Positions 7,880-16,476 of a stretch of 17,384 nucleotides of DNA are shown one piece after another. This stretch comes from Fidelibacterota bacterium (GTDB lineage Bacteria; Fidelibacterota; Marinisomatia; Marinisomatales; UBA2128), in NCBI GenBank assembly GCA_046861645.1, contig JBHHUM010000046.1:1-17384 (forward strand). The letters run 5' to 3'. The notes under the pieces were generated by a model. It made no database searches. It worked only from the letters and a program-made list of their open reading frames with translations, and was not told the DNA's origin. Each line of letters opens with the position of its first letter. The stretch's first letter is position 1. The position numbers were made by a program, and so were the translations under genes.

Positions 7880-10696
7880 GTGCGCAAATTCACATTTCTG
7901 TTTATAGTTGTTACTTGTTTAACAGCCTCCGGCACGAATGAAACGCAACGTCCGACTCATCTTGCTATACTGGAGCGATTTCTTATTGAAAATGGATCTG
8001 ACTGGCAGGTCCAATGGACACCTCACTGGACCCCTCACCGTCTCTTAGGTGACAAGATTCCCCAGTTCTTCGATGCCCGGGATGCCGAGGTATCAGAGAC
8101 AGCAGCCAGGGAGTTCATTGACCGGAATAACTACCTCTTCCAGATTGGTAACAGCGACCTGGAATTGTGGGTGAATGAGCAGCGAGGTCGTATCCGTTAC
8201 CTCATTTTCAATCAAACCTATAAGGGTATTCCCGTTTACAATGGTCGTGTCGATTTCCGCTACACACTGGAAGGTGACCTTGTCCTGATCGGACACGATG
8301 CTTATCCACAACTTGAGGTCAATACATCTCCAGCTCTCACAGCTGAGATGGCAACTGTGGCCGCTCAGGCAGAAGCAGAGTTTGATGAAGCCAAAGGTGA
8401 TTTCGTTATTGATGAACCCACAAAGTTCATTTGGGTCGAAGATGGAAAATCACCTGTATATCATCTGTCATGGCAGGTGCAGTTGTTCACCAGGGGTATT
8501 CTCCCCGGTTCTGACCTTCCGGCTCACCGCTGGAAGATTTTCGTGGATGCTCAATCCGGCGATATTCTGGAGAGGATTGACCTGGCCGCCAGCGCTGAAA
8601 TTTCCGGCTATGTCACTGGCATGGTGAAGGACGAGCCCTACGGTGACGAAGAGCTCCGCGGACTGCCTCATGCGAAGGTTCAGATTTCTGGAGTTGGTTC
8701 CACTTTCACCGATACAAATGGCTGGTATTCCATTGATATTGGCGATCAATCCAGAACGGCTACGGTTGAGCTCCAGGGTGAATTCATCAATAGCGAAAAC
8801 GCCAACGGGAGCGATGCGGTCATTACCCGTACGGTGACTCCGGGGGCTACCGAAGACTTCCATTTCGAAGACGTCAACTCTATTCCGGGAGAGCGCGATA
8901 CCTACTTTCACGGAAATATCGTTCACGATCTTGCGACGGCAATTGACCAGTCTTTCACAGGCGCTGACTACGTTATGCCAGCTAATGTAAATATCGGTCC
9001 CGAGGACCCCTACTGGCCCTGCAACGCCTACTGGGATGGTTACAGCATCAATCTATTTTCTGAGGGGGGTGGTTGTGCCGGTACGGATGAAATGGCCGAT
9101 GTGGTTTATCACGAATACGGTCACGGTTTACAACAATTCATTTATGAACCTTATTCGCCACCTTATGCCAGCGGTATGGGCGAAGGCTGTAGTGATTATT
9201 GGGCTATGACGATTACCAATATGGCCTGCCTGGGTAACGGTTTTTTTGGACCGGGAACATGTCTGCGAGATGGTAATAATTCTCGTCAATATCCGGCTCC
9301 TGAATGTGGGGGAGAAGTCCACTGTCTGGGTGAAATCAGTATGGGTGCCCTCTGGAAAATGAGGGAAAACCTAATTGCTTCACTAGGATATGATATTGCC
9401 ATAGCTCATGCGGATACATTATTTTATTTCGCTCAAGTGGCTCGACCTATGAATTTACCGGATTTTCTTTTGGAAATTCTTATCGCTGATGATGACGATG
9501 GCTTTCTTGTTAATGGTACGCCCAACTTCGGTGATATCTGTGACGCTTGGGAAGCTCATAATGTGGAGTGCCCGTTCGATGATATCGGTATTGAGCACAT
9601 CCCGCTGGATAACACTACCAACTACACCACTCCGTATGTTGTGGAGGCTGCCATTGCTTCGGTTTATGGTGAAATAACTGCAGTTGAACTTAATTACTCC
9701 TTAGGGTTCGATTACTATTCTACCGAGATGGAGGAATCAGGAGATCTCTATCAAGGTGTCATCCCTGCCCAACCGCCCGGTACCATTGTGGATTATTACA
9801 TCCATGCCCTCGACAGCGAAGGGAATGAGGTATTTGCTCCAGAGGGTGCTCCTTTAGAAACCTATCTGTTTCTGGTGGGTGAAGTGGGAGATTTTATGGT
9901 TCCCTTTGCTGATGATTTTGAAGACGATCAAAATTGGACTGCAGGTGTACCCAGCGATGATGCTATTACCGGTCTCTGGGTACGCGGCGAGCCTAATGGT
10001 ACTTTTGTAGATGGAGCTGCCGTCCAGCCTGATGAAGATCATTCTTCAGTCGGTACGCAGGCATTTATCACGGGGAACGCTCCTTTTAACGGAAATAATG
10101 CCGGCGAAGACGATGTGGATGATGGACGCACTACGCTCCTCTCTCCCATCTGGGATTTGAGCTACACAGCCAGTCCGGTTCTTACCTACTGGCGGTGGTA
10201 TTCCAACAACTTGGGTGCCAGCCCCGGAATAGACATGTGGGAGGTGGAAGCAACAAATGACGGCGGGGAAACTTGGATAATCTTGGAGAATACCAGTCAG
10301 TCCAGCAATGCCTGGGTACAAAAGCAGTTCAAGTTGAGTAAGTACCTCGATGTCAGCGAGTCGGTGCAGGTCCGTTTCGTGGCCAGCGATGAAGGAGACG
10401 GTTCCCTTATCGAGGCGGCAGTGGACGATGTAGTTATCCTGGCTATGGTGGCATTCAACGGTGTTTACGGGGATTTGAACGGTGATGGAATTGTGGCTGT
10501 GGAAGACATCGTTCTGGTCATTGACTACATACTCGGAAAGATTGAGTTCACACAGCTCCAGCGGATTGCTGCTGACCTTGACAGCGACAGTGACGTGGAT
10601 ATCCTTGATGTTATTCGTATGGTGAACATCATTCTTGGCAATGCAGGAGGAGTATCCGGAGGGGATGATTTGCTGGGTGATTTATCCGATCTTTGA
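7880..10696 (+). CDS. Secreted zinc metalloprotease, thermolysin/fungalysin-like (M4/M36 gluzincin), with FTP/PepSY-like propeptide, accessory beta-sandwich domains and C-terminal dockerin
   Basis: Signal peptide MRKFTFLFIVVTCLTA. Propeptide motifs FNQTYKGIPVYNG and WKIFVDAQSGDIL. Catalytic motifs NAYWDG, DVVYHEYGH (HEYGH at 9110-9124), third ligand in GMGEGCSDY, and GEVHCLGE. Duplicated dockerin loops GDLNGDGIVAVED...ADLDSDSDVDILD (10469-10642). Confidence 0.88.
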   Translation: MRKFTFLFIVVTCLTASGTNETQRPTHLAILERFLIENGSDWQVQWTPHWTPHRLLGDKIPQFFDARDAEVSETAAREFIDRNNYLFQIGNSDLELWVNEQRGRIRYLIFNQTYKGIPVYNGRVDFRYTLEGDLVLIGHDAYPQLEVNTSPALTAEMATVAAQAEAEFDEAKGDFVIDEPTKFIWVEDGKSPVYHLSWQVQLFTRGILPGSDLPAHRWKIFVDAQSGDILERIDLAASAEISGYVTGMVKDEPYGDEELRGLPHAKVQISGVGSTFTDTNGWYSIDIGDQSRTATVELQGEFINSENANGSDAVITRTVTPGATEDFHFEDVNSIPGERDTYFHGNIVHDLATAIDQSFTGADYVMPANVNIGPEDPYWPCNAYWDGYSINLFSEGGGCAGTDEMADVVYHEYGHGLQQFIYEPYSPPYASGMGEGCSDYWAMTITNMACLGNGFFGPGTCLRDGNNSRQYPAPECGGEVHCLGEISMGALWKMRENLIASLGYDIAIAHADTLFYFAQVARPMNLPDFLLEILIADDDDGFLVNGTPNFGDICDAWEAHNVECPFDDIGIEHIPLDNTTNYTTPYVVEAAIASVYGEITAVELNYSLGFDYYSTEMEESGDLYQGVIPAQPPGTIVDYYIHALDSEGNEVFAPEGAPLETYLFLVGEVGDFMVPFADDFEDDQNWTAGVPSDDAITGLWVRGEPNGTFVDGAAVQPDEDHSSVGTQAFITGNAPFNGNNAGEDDVDDGRTTLLSPIWDLSYTASPVLTYWRWYSNNLGASPGIDMWEVEATNDGGETWIILENTSQSSNAWVQKQFKLSKYLDVSESVQVRFVASDEGDGSLIEAAVDDVVILAMVAFNGVYGDLNGDGIVAVEDIVLVIDYILGKIEFTQLQRIAADLDSDSDVDILDVIRMVNIILGNAGGVSGGDDLLGDLSDL

Positions 10697-10784
10697 TAGT
10701 TTTGAACTATGTTTACTGAAGATTAATCAATTGTAGTAAAACACTTGACTGACATGTAGAAATCCTGCAAATTGTACTAAACCG

Positions 10785-12851
10785 ATGTATAATATTAACA
10801 GGGTCAGCGCCGCCCTGTTTGTCGTCTTATGGGGCGGCACAGGGTTATTTGGAGCGTCTCTTCCTTCGGACGATACAGATGAAGTACGTCCTGTTGACAT
10901 CGAATCATTTACCTCAGTACCAAAGATTGAATCCATTATTCTTTCATGGACAATGAATGGTGTCCCAGAGGAAGGACAGTTCAATATTCTGAGGAGCGAG
11001 AGTTTCGGTGGACAATATGAGAGTGTCACTACAGTCACTTCTGATATTCGTTTGTGGATTGACCGGAATGTAGATACTGGACGCTACTACTACTATCGCT
11101 TGTCTTATGTGGATGAAAATGGAAATATTATTGATAAGAGTGATTATCTACCTCAGTTTGCATCTCCTTTGGAGTTGCCAGATAACATTGAAAGAGTAGC
11201 ACACTCCCCCTCTTTCTCTGATACTGAAGAAGTCTTACTATCTACCTTTTTTGTGCAGCCAGAGAGTTCAGCTTCAAATTCATTTACAGAGGATAGTGGA
11301 TTAATTCAGCCGTCTTCCTCTTACGAACTGTTCTGTCGCATGGTACTGGATCCTATTCTGTTCGGCAGCGACATGGAAACGAGGAACAGCCTTATCTGGC
11401 TTGACGCCGGTTCTCAATCGGGTTTGGTTATTCGCGAGAATTTCGAACTTCAGATTCGTGATGTTCATCGTCTTCAGGTATACGACAATTTCACCAGCCG
11501 TATCGAGGAAGATGATGAGTCAAGGGAGCTTCCTCTGGCGCTGCAACTCGACATTGTTAACAGGTTGGAGGAGTTAGCGGATAGTGAATATCCCCAAGAA
11601 TTAATAGATGAATTTGGGAAGCATTTTGAGATATTTAATGACAGTCCTACCGGCATGTTATTTCCGGACGAGCAATGGATTGCTCCAGATCCCAGCAGTT
11701 TCGTTGATTTGCTGGGTCAATGGCGGGAGCAATTAGCCCATGTCAGGCAATATTTTGGCGAGGACGAATATCCTGTGGTTTCTGAGGTATGGCAGTCGGA
11801 TACAGGAGAGGTTTCATGGATTGAATTTCTTGCCATGGGGGATGAGAGTTTTCCTGCAAATGAATATTCTGTACAGGTTAATGGTGAAGTACTATTTGAA
11901 CTTCCGGAAATATTGTGGGAGCCCAGTAAAGTCTACGTCATTCCGATTTCCCAGATAGATGATAATCTTCAAATTGAAGAGATTCTGGTGATGAATAGCG
12001 AAGGAGAGGAGGTTGATGATTTCATTTGTCCTTCTCAATTACCGGAAGGAAGTATTGGACGCGACTTGCGCGGGGAAATATGGTTATATGATGAACCCTC
12101 TCCAAATCGTCTCAACATGGACAGGCTCATACCGGTGATGATAAATGAATACGCTGTATCGAGGGAAACTGAAGAAACCGATTTCTTGATGGATGCAGTG
12201 AATCATTCTCTCTTTACTTTAGAGATTATGTCAGTAGAATCGGAGATTCCAGATCTCTCTACGCGGTTGCGGATTAAATACGATACAGAAGGTTTTGAGC
12301 CGGTAGAATTGACCGGCTGGAACTTGTTCAATGAATTCTCTATTTTTACTGTGGATTTCCCAGTGACTGAAGATCACTTGCTGCTGACACTCCAGATGTC
12401 TGATGTAGAGGAAGGGTGGGTAGATCTGGAGTATCTCATCCTGAAGCCGTCCGAACTTGTACACAAAGCGAGAGTCCCTGATGGTACAAAGTGGACAGAT
12501 AGTGCACAAGTGACATTCGGTGAATCCAACGGCAGGAGTAGAATAGAATCACGTGTCTTAGGGTTACCAGAAGTGTTCGCTCTTTATCAAAACTTCCCCA
12601 ATCCGTTTAATGTAACCACAACTATCAAGTTCGATCTGCTCGAATCAGCAATTATCACCTTGGTTGTCATAGATGCTGCCGGACGCGAAGTAGCTGAATT
12701 CCTCCGTGAGATGCCCATGGAACCGGGAAAGTACGATTACACCCTCAGCGCTGAAGGGATGAGTAGTGGAATTTACTTTGTTACCCTGAAAGCCGTTGTA
12801 GAAGACAATATACCCATGGTAGATTCGCGTAAAATGATCTTCTTGAAATAA
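10785..12851 (+). CDS. Secreted protein with an N-terminal FN3-like domain, two degenerate lamin-tail-like domains and a T9SS-like C-terminal sorting domain
   Basis: Hydrophobic N-terminal signal. FN3-like IILSW...FNILRS...WIDRNVDTGRYYYYRL. Lamin-tail-like PVVSEVW...WIEF...SIGR...PSPN and VMINE...ARVPDG...TFGESN. CTD LYQNFPNPFNVTTTIKFDL...SSGIYFV...KMIFLK. Confidence 0.8.
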   Translation: MYNINRVSAALFVVLWGGTGLFGASLPSDDTDEVRPVDIESFTSVPKIESIILSWTMNGVPEEGQFNILRSESFGGQYESVTTVTSDIRLWIDRNVDTGRYYYYRLSYVDENGNIIDKSDYLPQFASPLELPDNIERVAHSPSFSDTEEVLLSTFFVQPESSASNSFTEDSGLIQPSSSYELFCRMVLDPILFGSDMETRNSLIWLDAGSQSGLVIRENFELQIRDVHRLQVYDNFTSRIEEDDESRELPLALQLDIVNRLEELADSEYPQELIDEFGKHFEIFNDSPTGMLFPDEQWIAPDPSSFVDLLGQWREQLAHVRQYFGEDEYPVVSEVWQSDTGEVSWIEFLAMGDESFPANEYSVQVNGEVLFELPEILWEPSKVYVIPISQIDDNLQIEEILVMNSEGEEVDDFICPSQLPEGSIGRDLRGEIWLYDEPSPNRLNMDRLIPVMINEYAVSRETEETDFLMDAVNHSLFTLEIMSVESEIPDLSTRLRIKYDTEGFEPVELTGWNLFNEFSIFTVDFPVTEDHLLLTLQMSDVEEGWVDLEYLILKPSELVHKARVPDGTKWTDSAQVTFGESNGRSRIESRVLGLPEVFALYQNFPNPFNVTTTIKFDLLESAIITLVVIDAAGREVAEFLREMPMEPGKYDYTLSAEGMSSGIYFVTLKAVVEDNIPMVDSRKMIFLK

Positions 12852-12946
12852 TTGATACTGTGACACCAGAGCATGATAGGGAAAGAATATAATAAAGAAA
12901 GTATTGCCTACAAGATTTTACCTATATTTATGGAACAAAGCATTTG

Positions 12947-13864
12947 ATGTTCAGAAAAAAGTACATAATAAAAGCAAAGGAATTAGTTAAAGTTTGGTTA
13001 ATCCTAATAACTGGGCTTGACTCACAAGCTGTAAGAATGACAGAATCAGACAGTGCACAAGGCTATTATCCCCTTGAAATAGGAAATCTATGGGAGTATT
13101 GGGATTCGACTTGGAATGAGTATCTGTTTACATTACAAGCGATTACTGATACAATTATGCCAAATGGCATATCGTATACATATCTTGAAAGTGATGGACC
13201 ATACTATACCTTATTCTACAGACAATCTGGTTCTAAAGTTTACAATTACTTTATTTACGAAGAGAACGAATTTATCTTGTATGACTTTTCTAAAACAACT
13301 GGAGATACTGTTGGTATGAACTTCTACGAGGGTGATACAACTGTGATTACCGTAGTTTATGATCAAATGGTGAACATATTCGGAGAAATACGCAGACAGT
13401 GGGGATTCTGGGAGCAGTCGATTACTACATCTGAATATATACTAACACAAGTGACCGATGGTATAGGTGTTACAAGGAGTTCGTGGGAAGCGGCACCTTA
13501 TGATGAGTATTTAAGAGGTGCAATGATTAACGGTACAACTTACGGCACTCTTACTACTGACAGAACGTTTGATGTGGCTTATCCAGATGAATATCAGCTT
13601 CTCCAGAATTTCCCAAATCCATTTAATAGTACAACCATGATTAGATTTCAGATTTCTGATAATGAATACATTATGGTGACAGTTTTCGATATTATGGGTA
13701 GAGAAGTTAGAGGACTTTATGACGGTAAATCACACATTGGCCTACATCAGATTGTTTGGGATGGGAGAGATAATTCAGGAATTGAAGTTGGTAGTGGGTC
13801 TTATGTATATGCTGTTAAGACCGAGAATTTAGTAATTTCAAGAAAAATGATATTGTTACGTTAA
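12947..13864 (+). CDS. Hypothetical secreted protein with a T9SS-like (FlgD-Ig type) C-terminal sorting domain
   Basis: About 305-aa ORF (ATG 12947; TTG 12944 is an alternative). YYPLEIGNLWEY opens a beta-rich domain. CTD LLQNFPNPFNSTTMIRFQI...WDGRDNSG...GSYVY...KMILLR. Confidence 0.82.
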   Translation: MFRKKYIIKAKELVKVWLILITGLDSQAVRMTESDSAQGYYPLEIGNLWEYWDSTWNEYLFTLQAITDTIMPNGISYTYLESDGPYYTLFYRQSGSKVYNYFIYEENEFILYDFSKTTGDTVGMNFYEGDTTVITVVYDQMVNIFGEIRRQWGFWEQSITTSEYILTQVTDGIGVTRSSWEAAPYDEYLRGAMINGTTYGTLTTDRTFDVAYPDEYQLLQNFPNPFNSTTMIRFQISDNEYIMVTVFDIMGREVRGLYDGKSHIGLHQIVWDGRDNSGIEVGSGSYVYAVKTENLVISRKMILLR

Positions 13865-13893
13865 AAACTTATGTACTACATCAAGTAAAAAAA

Positions 13894-13899
13894 AGGAGG
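13894..13899 (+). promoter_or_regulatory. Strong Shine-Dalgarno upstream of the M6-like protease
   Basis: AGGAGG lies 5 nt upstream of an in-frame ATA at 13905. Confidence 0.6.
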
Positions 13900-13928
13900 A
13901 TGTTATAAGAATAAAAGGACATTTTGCG

Positions 13929-15917
13929 GTGTGGATAATTCTTATATCAATTGTTACTTCACCTCTTTTAAAAGGTGAGGAATTTGAATGCCCCACAGAA
14001 GGCACAGCGACAAATACTACCTACATTAATACAACTATCACTTTGAAGATTCTTCTGGTGGAGTTTTCCGACGTAGGGCATCGTACCGATCCTTTTGAAT
14101 ATATTGAACAAGATTTTGAAGATATGTTGACCTCAATTGGTACTTACGTTTCACCAGTTTCATATACACCTGATGGGGATGCTGTATATGGGAGTTTGCA
14201 TGACTATTTCAATAAAATGTCAAGCGGGAATGTTACAATAACAGGATATGTAGTAAATAATATAGGTACTGGAGATGTACCTGAATGGATAACTCTATCG
14301 GACACAAAGTCTTATTATTATTCCCGTACAGGAATAATACTTTTTACTAACGCCATTGCAGCTGCATCTGCCCAAGGTTTAGATGTATCAACTCCAGACG
14401 AATTTACTAGGCTAGTGATAATTTACTCAGGAAATACATACTTTAAGCAACCTAGCGGCCAATTCAGCTCATTAAATCCGAAAGCATGGGTGAGGAAATA
14501 TATTATGAGTGAGCGTCAAGGTCGACCTTATAATCAGGAGAATACAACGGACAAATTTTCAAGAATTGGACTGCATTGCCACGAATTTGCTCATACTATA
14601 GGTATTGATCATGCTAGAGGATCACGAGCTGATGTAATGGAAGCAGGGTACAGAAATGGACCAGGAGCCAGAAGTGCCGCACCAGCGCCAATAAATCCTG
14701 CGTATAGAGCTAAGAAGGGTTGGCTCAGTCCGAATACAATAACGGGGCAACAGCAGTTCGATGCTTATTACGATCTGATTAATCCAACAGTATTTCGTAT
14801 TAATAGTAATACCAACAACGATTATTACCTCTTTGAGAACCGACGTTTCAATCAATCAATGGTAATCGGCTCAACTGAGGCTCCAGATTATAACAATTCT
14901 GCGTTTTTTCCTCCCGCCCATCCTCATGAAACAATATCTCAAGGAATCTTTGTATGGAGAATCATAGGCGGTGATCCCACTAGTTATAGTAACAACGGTT
15001 TGGTTTATTCAAGTGGCATGTATGAGGTGACGTGTCCAGAAGGTGATCCTTATGAAGCCGGTGATGGTGTACCATTTCCCGGAAACTGCACCGTCACTGT
15101 TTTATCACCATGGTCTGATCCTCGAACTCCTACTCCTTGGAATCCGCCAAACTCAGGTCTTTATGTTCCAAACACAAGAAATGGCACGAATGTGGGTATG
15201 GAAGTAGTATCTGAAAATGAGTCACAGGGATTCTTTACTGTCATGTTGTATCAAACAAACCCAGAAGATGCGAAGCCCTCGAGACCTCAGAATTTTCAGG
15301 CGGTAAATCTCAATGGACATCCTCGTATGACATGGGATTCAAACCTTGAACCTGATTTATCAGGATATCGTCTATACAAATATCTAGAAACATGGAGCAG
15401 TGGTGCAGACACGTTTGTAATATCAATACACGAAGATTCTATTGGGTATACAGACGAATGGTTTGACACCGGTGGAAGAAAACCATGGGATAAAGTGACT
15501 TATTGGATGTCAGCATTGGACGATCAAGGTAAAGAATCTGATGAAACTGAGGACTTTTCTTTTACTGGATCAAGTGGTGTACAATGGAAACAAGTAGCTG
15601 AAACAGCTTCAGCTATTCCACAGGTTTACTATCTCTCAGAAAACTTCCCCAACCCCTTTAACCCCACCACATCTATTAGGTACGATCTGCCTGAACCTTC
15701 ATACGTTTCTGTTGTTATCTACGATATTCTAGGAAGAGAAGTCCGTACACTCCTCGATAGTAGGGAGGACGCAGGATTCAAGAGTGTGGTTTGGGATAGT
15801 AAGGATAATAGTGGTAATATTGTCGCGGCTGGGATTTATATTTATACACTGAGAGCATTGTCACAGGAGAGTGAAAAGAAATTCCACAAGAGTAATAAGA
15901 TGATCTTCCTGAAGTAG
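13929..15917 (+). CDS. Secreted metzincin metalloprotease, M6 (immune inhibitor A)-like, with FN3-like domain and T9SS-like C-terminal sorting domain; true start may be 13905
   Basis: M6-like motifs ILLVEFSD, GSLHDYFNKMSSG and YYLFENR. Zinc motif HEFAHTIGIDH (14580-14612) and Met-turn DVMEAG (Met at 14637). FN3-like PSRPQNF...MTWDSNLEPDLSGYRLYK. CTD LSENFPNPFNPTTSIRYDLP...KMIFLK. Confidence 0.82.
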   Translation: MWIILISIVTSPLLKGEEFECPTEGTATNTTYINTTITLKILLVEFSDVGHRTDPFEYIEQDFEDMLTSIGTYVSPVSYTPDGDAVYGSLHDYFNKMSSGNVTITGYVVNNIGTGDVPEWITLSDTKSYYYSRTGIILFTNAIAAASAQGLDVSTPDEFTRLVIIYSGNTYFKQPSGQFSSLNPKAWVRKYIMSERQGRPYNQENTTDKFSRIGLHCHEFAHTIGIDHARGSRADVMEAGYRNGPGARSAAPAPINPAYRAKKGWLSPNTITGQQQFDAYYDLINPTVFRINSNTNNDYYLFENRRFNQSMVIGSTEAPDYNNSAFFPPAHPHETISQGIFVWRIIGGDPTSYSNNGLVYSSGMYEVTCPEGDPYEAGDGVPFPGNCTVTVLSPWSDPRTPTPWNPPNSGLYVPNTRNGTNVGMEVVSENESQGFFTVMLYQTNPEDAKPSRPQNFQAVNLNGHPRMTWDSNLEPDLSGYRLYKYLETWSSGADTFVISIHEDSIGYTDEWFDTGGRKPWDKVTYWMSALDDQGKESDETEDFSFTGSSGVQWKQVAETASAIPQVYYLSENFPNPFNPTTSIRYDLPEPSYVSVVIYDILGREVRTLLDSREDAGFKSVVWDSKDNSGNIVAAGIYIYTLRALSQESEKKFHKSNKMIFLK

Positions 15918-15934
15918 GGTGGAGGTTTCTCGTT

Positions 15935-16471
15935 ATGACTGATTTATTTAATGATGAAATGAGCCAGATGGACGAGCGGGAATTTGCCGAAACTCCTCAA
16001 ATTGCAGAGGCAGTCTCAGTTGACGATCCTATCAGCTCACTTGAGCTTCAGAAAATGGTTGTAATCGCAAGCGGAACCAAAGTGGCTGATGCTCTAAACT
16101 TGTTTCAAACAGAAGGGGTAGGTTGTGTCTTAGTCCAGGAAAATGATAAACTCATCGGCATTTTCACAGAAAGGGATGTCATCTGGAAATTAGCGGGGAA
16201 GGGCCTCGATTATTCCAGTGAAGAGGTAGATAAGTTTATGACGAAAGAGCCGGATGTGCTTCACATGGATGATCCCATAGCTTTTGCTCTTAACAGGATG
16301 ACAGACGGAGGATATCGCCACGTACCTATCGTCAATGATGATGGCAGACCCATGGGTATCGTAGGAATTTTGGACATCGTAAAACATCTGGCCACTTTTT
16401 ACTCGGATGAAGTGATGAACTTACCCCCATCCCCGGTACGAGGTGCGCAGGATCGACCCGAAGGTGGTTAA
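15935..16471 (+). CDS. CBS domain pair (Bateman module) protein
   Basis: GGAGG at 15921-15925. CBS motifs VADALNLF...VGCVLV...LIGIFTERD and VDKFMT...ALNRM..GGYRHVPIV...PMGIVGILDIVK. Confidence 0.92.
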   Translation: MTDLFNDEMSQMDEREFAETPQIAEAVSVDDPISSLELQKMVVIASGTKVADALNLFQTEGVGCVLVQENDKLIGIFTERDVIWKLAGKGLDYSSEEVDKFMTKEPDVLHMDDPIAFALNRMTDGGYRHVPIVNDDGRPMGIVGILDIVKHLATFYSDEVMNLPPSPVRGAQDRPEGG

Positions 16472-16476
16472 GGTTC

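Noticed and set aside
10745..10793. Sigma70 promoter (TTGACT at 10745, TATAAT at 10788)
   Set aside because: The spacing is far from 17 nt and TATAAT lies inside the predicted CDS.
249..16387. Short (60-152 aa) alternative-frame and antisense ORFs in the track
   Set aside because: They overlap long, motif-supported CDSs and show no recognisable domains, so they are treated as shadow ORFs. This includes 7264-7446 (-) and 10727-11038 (-).
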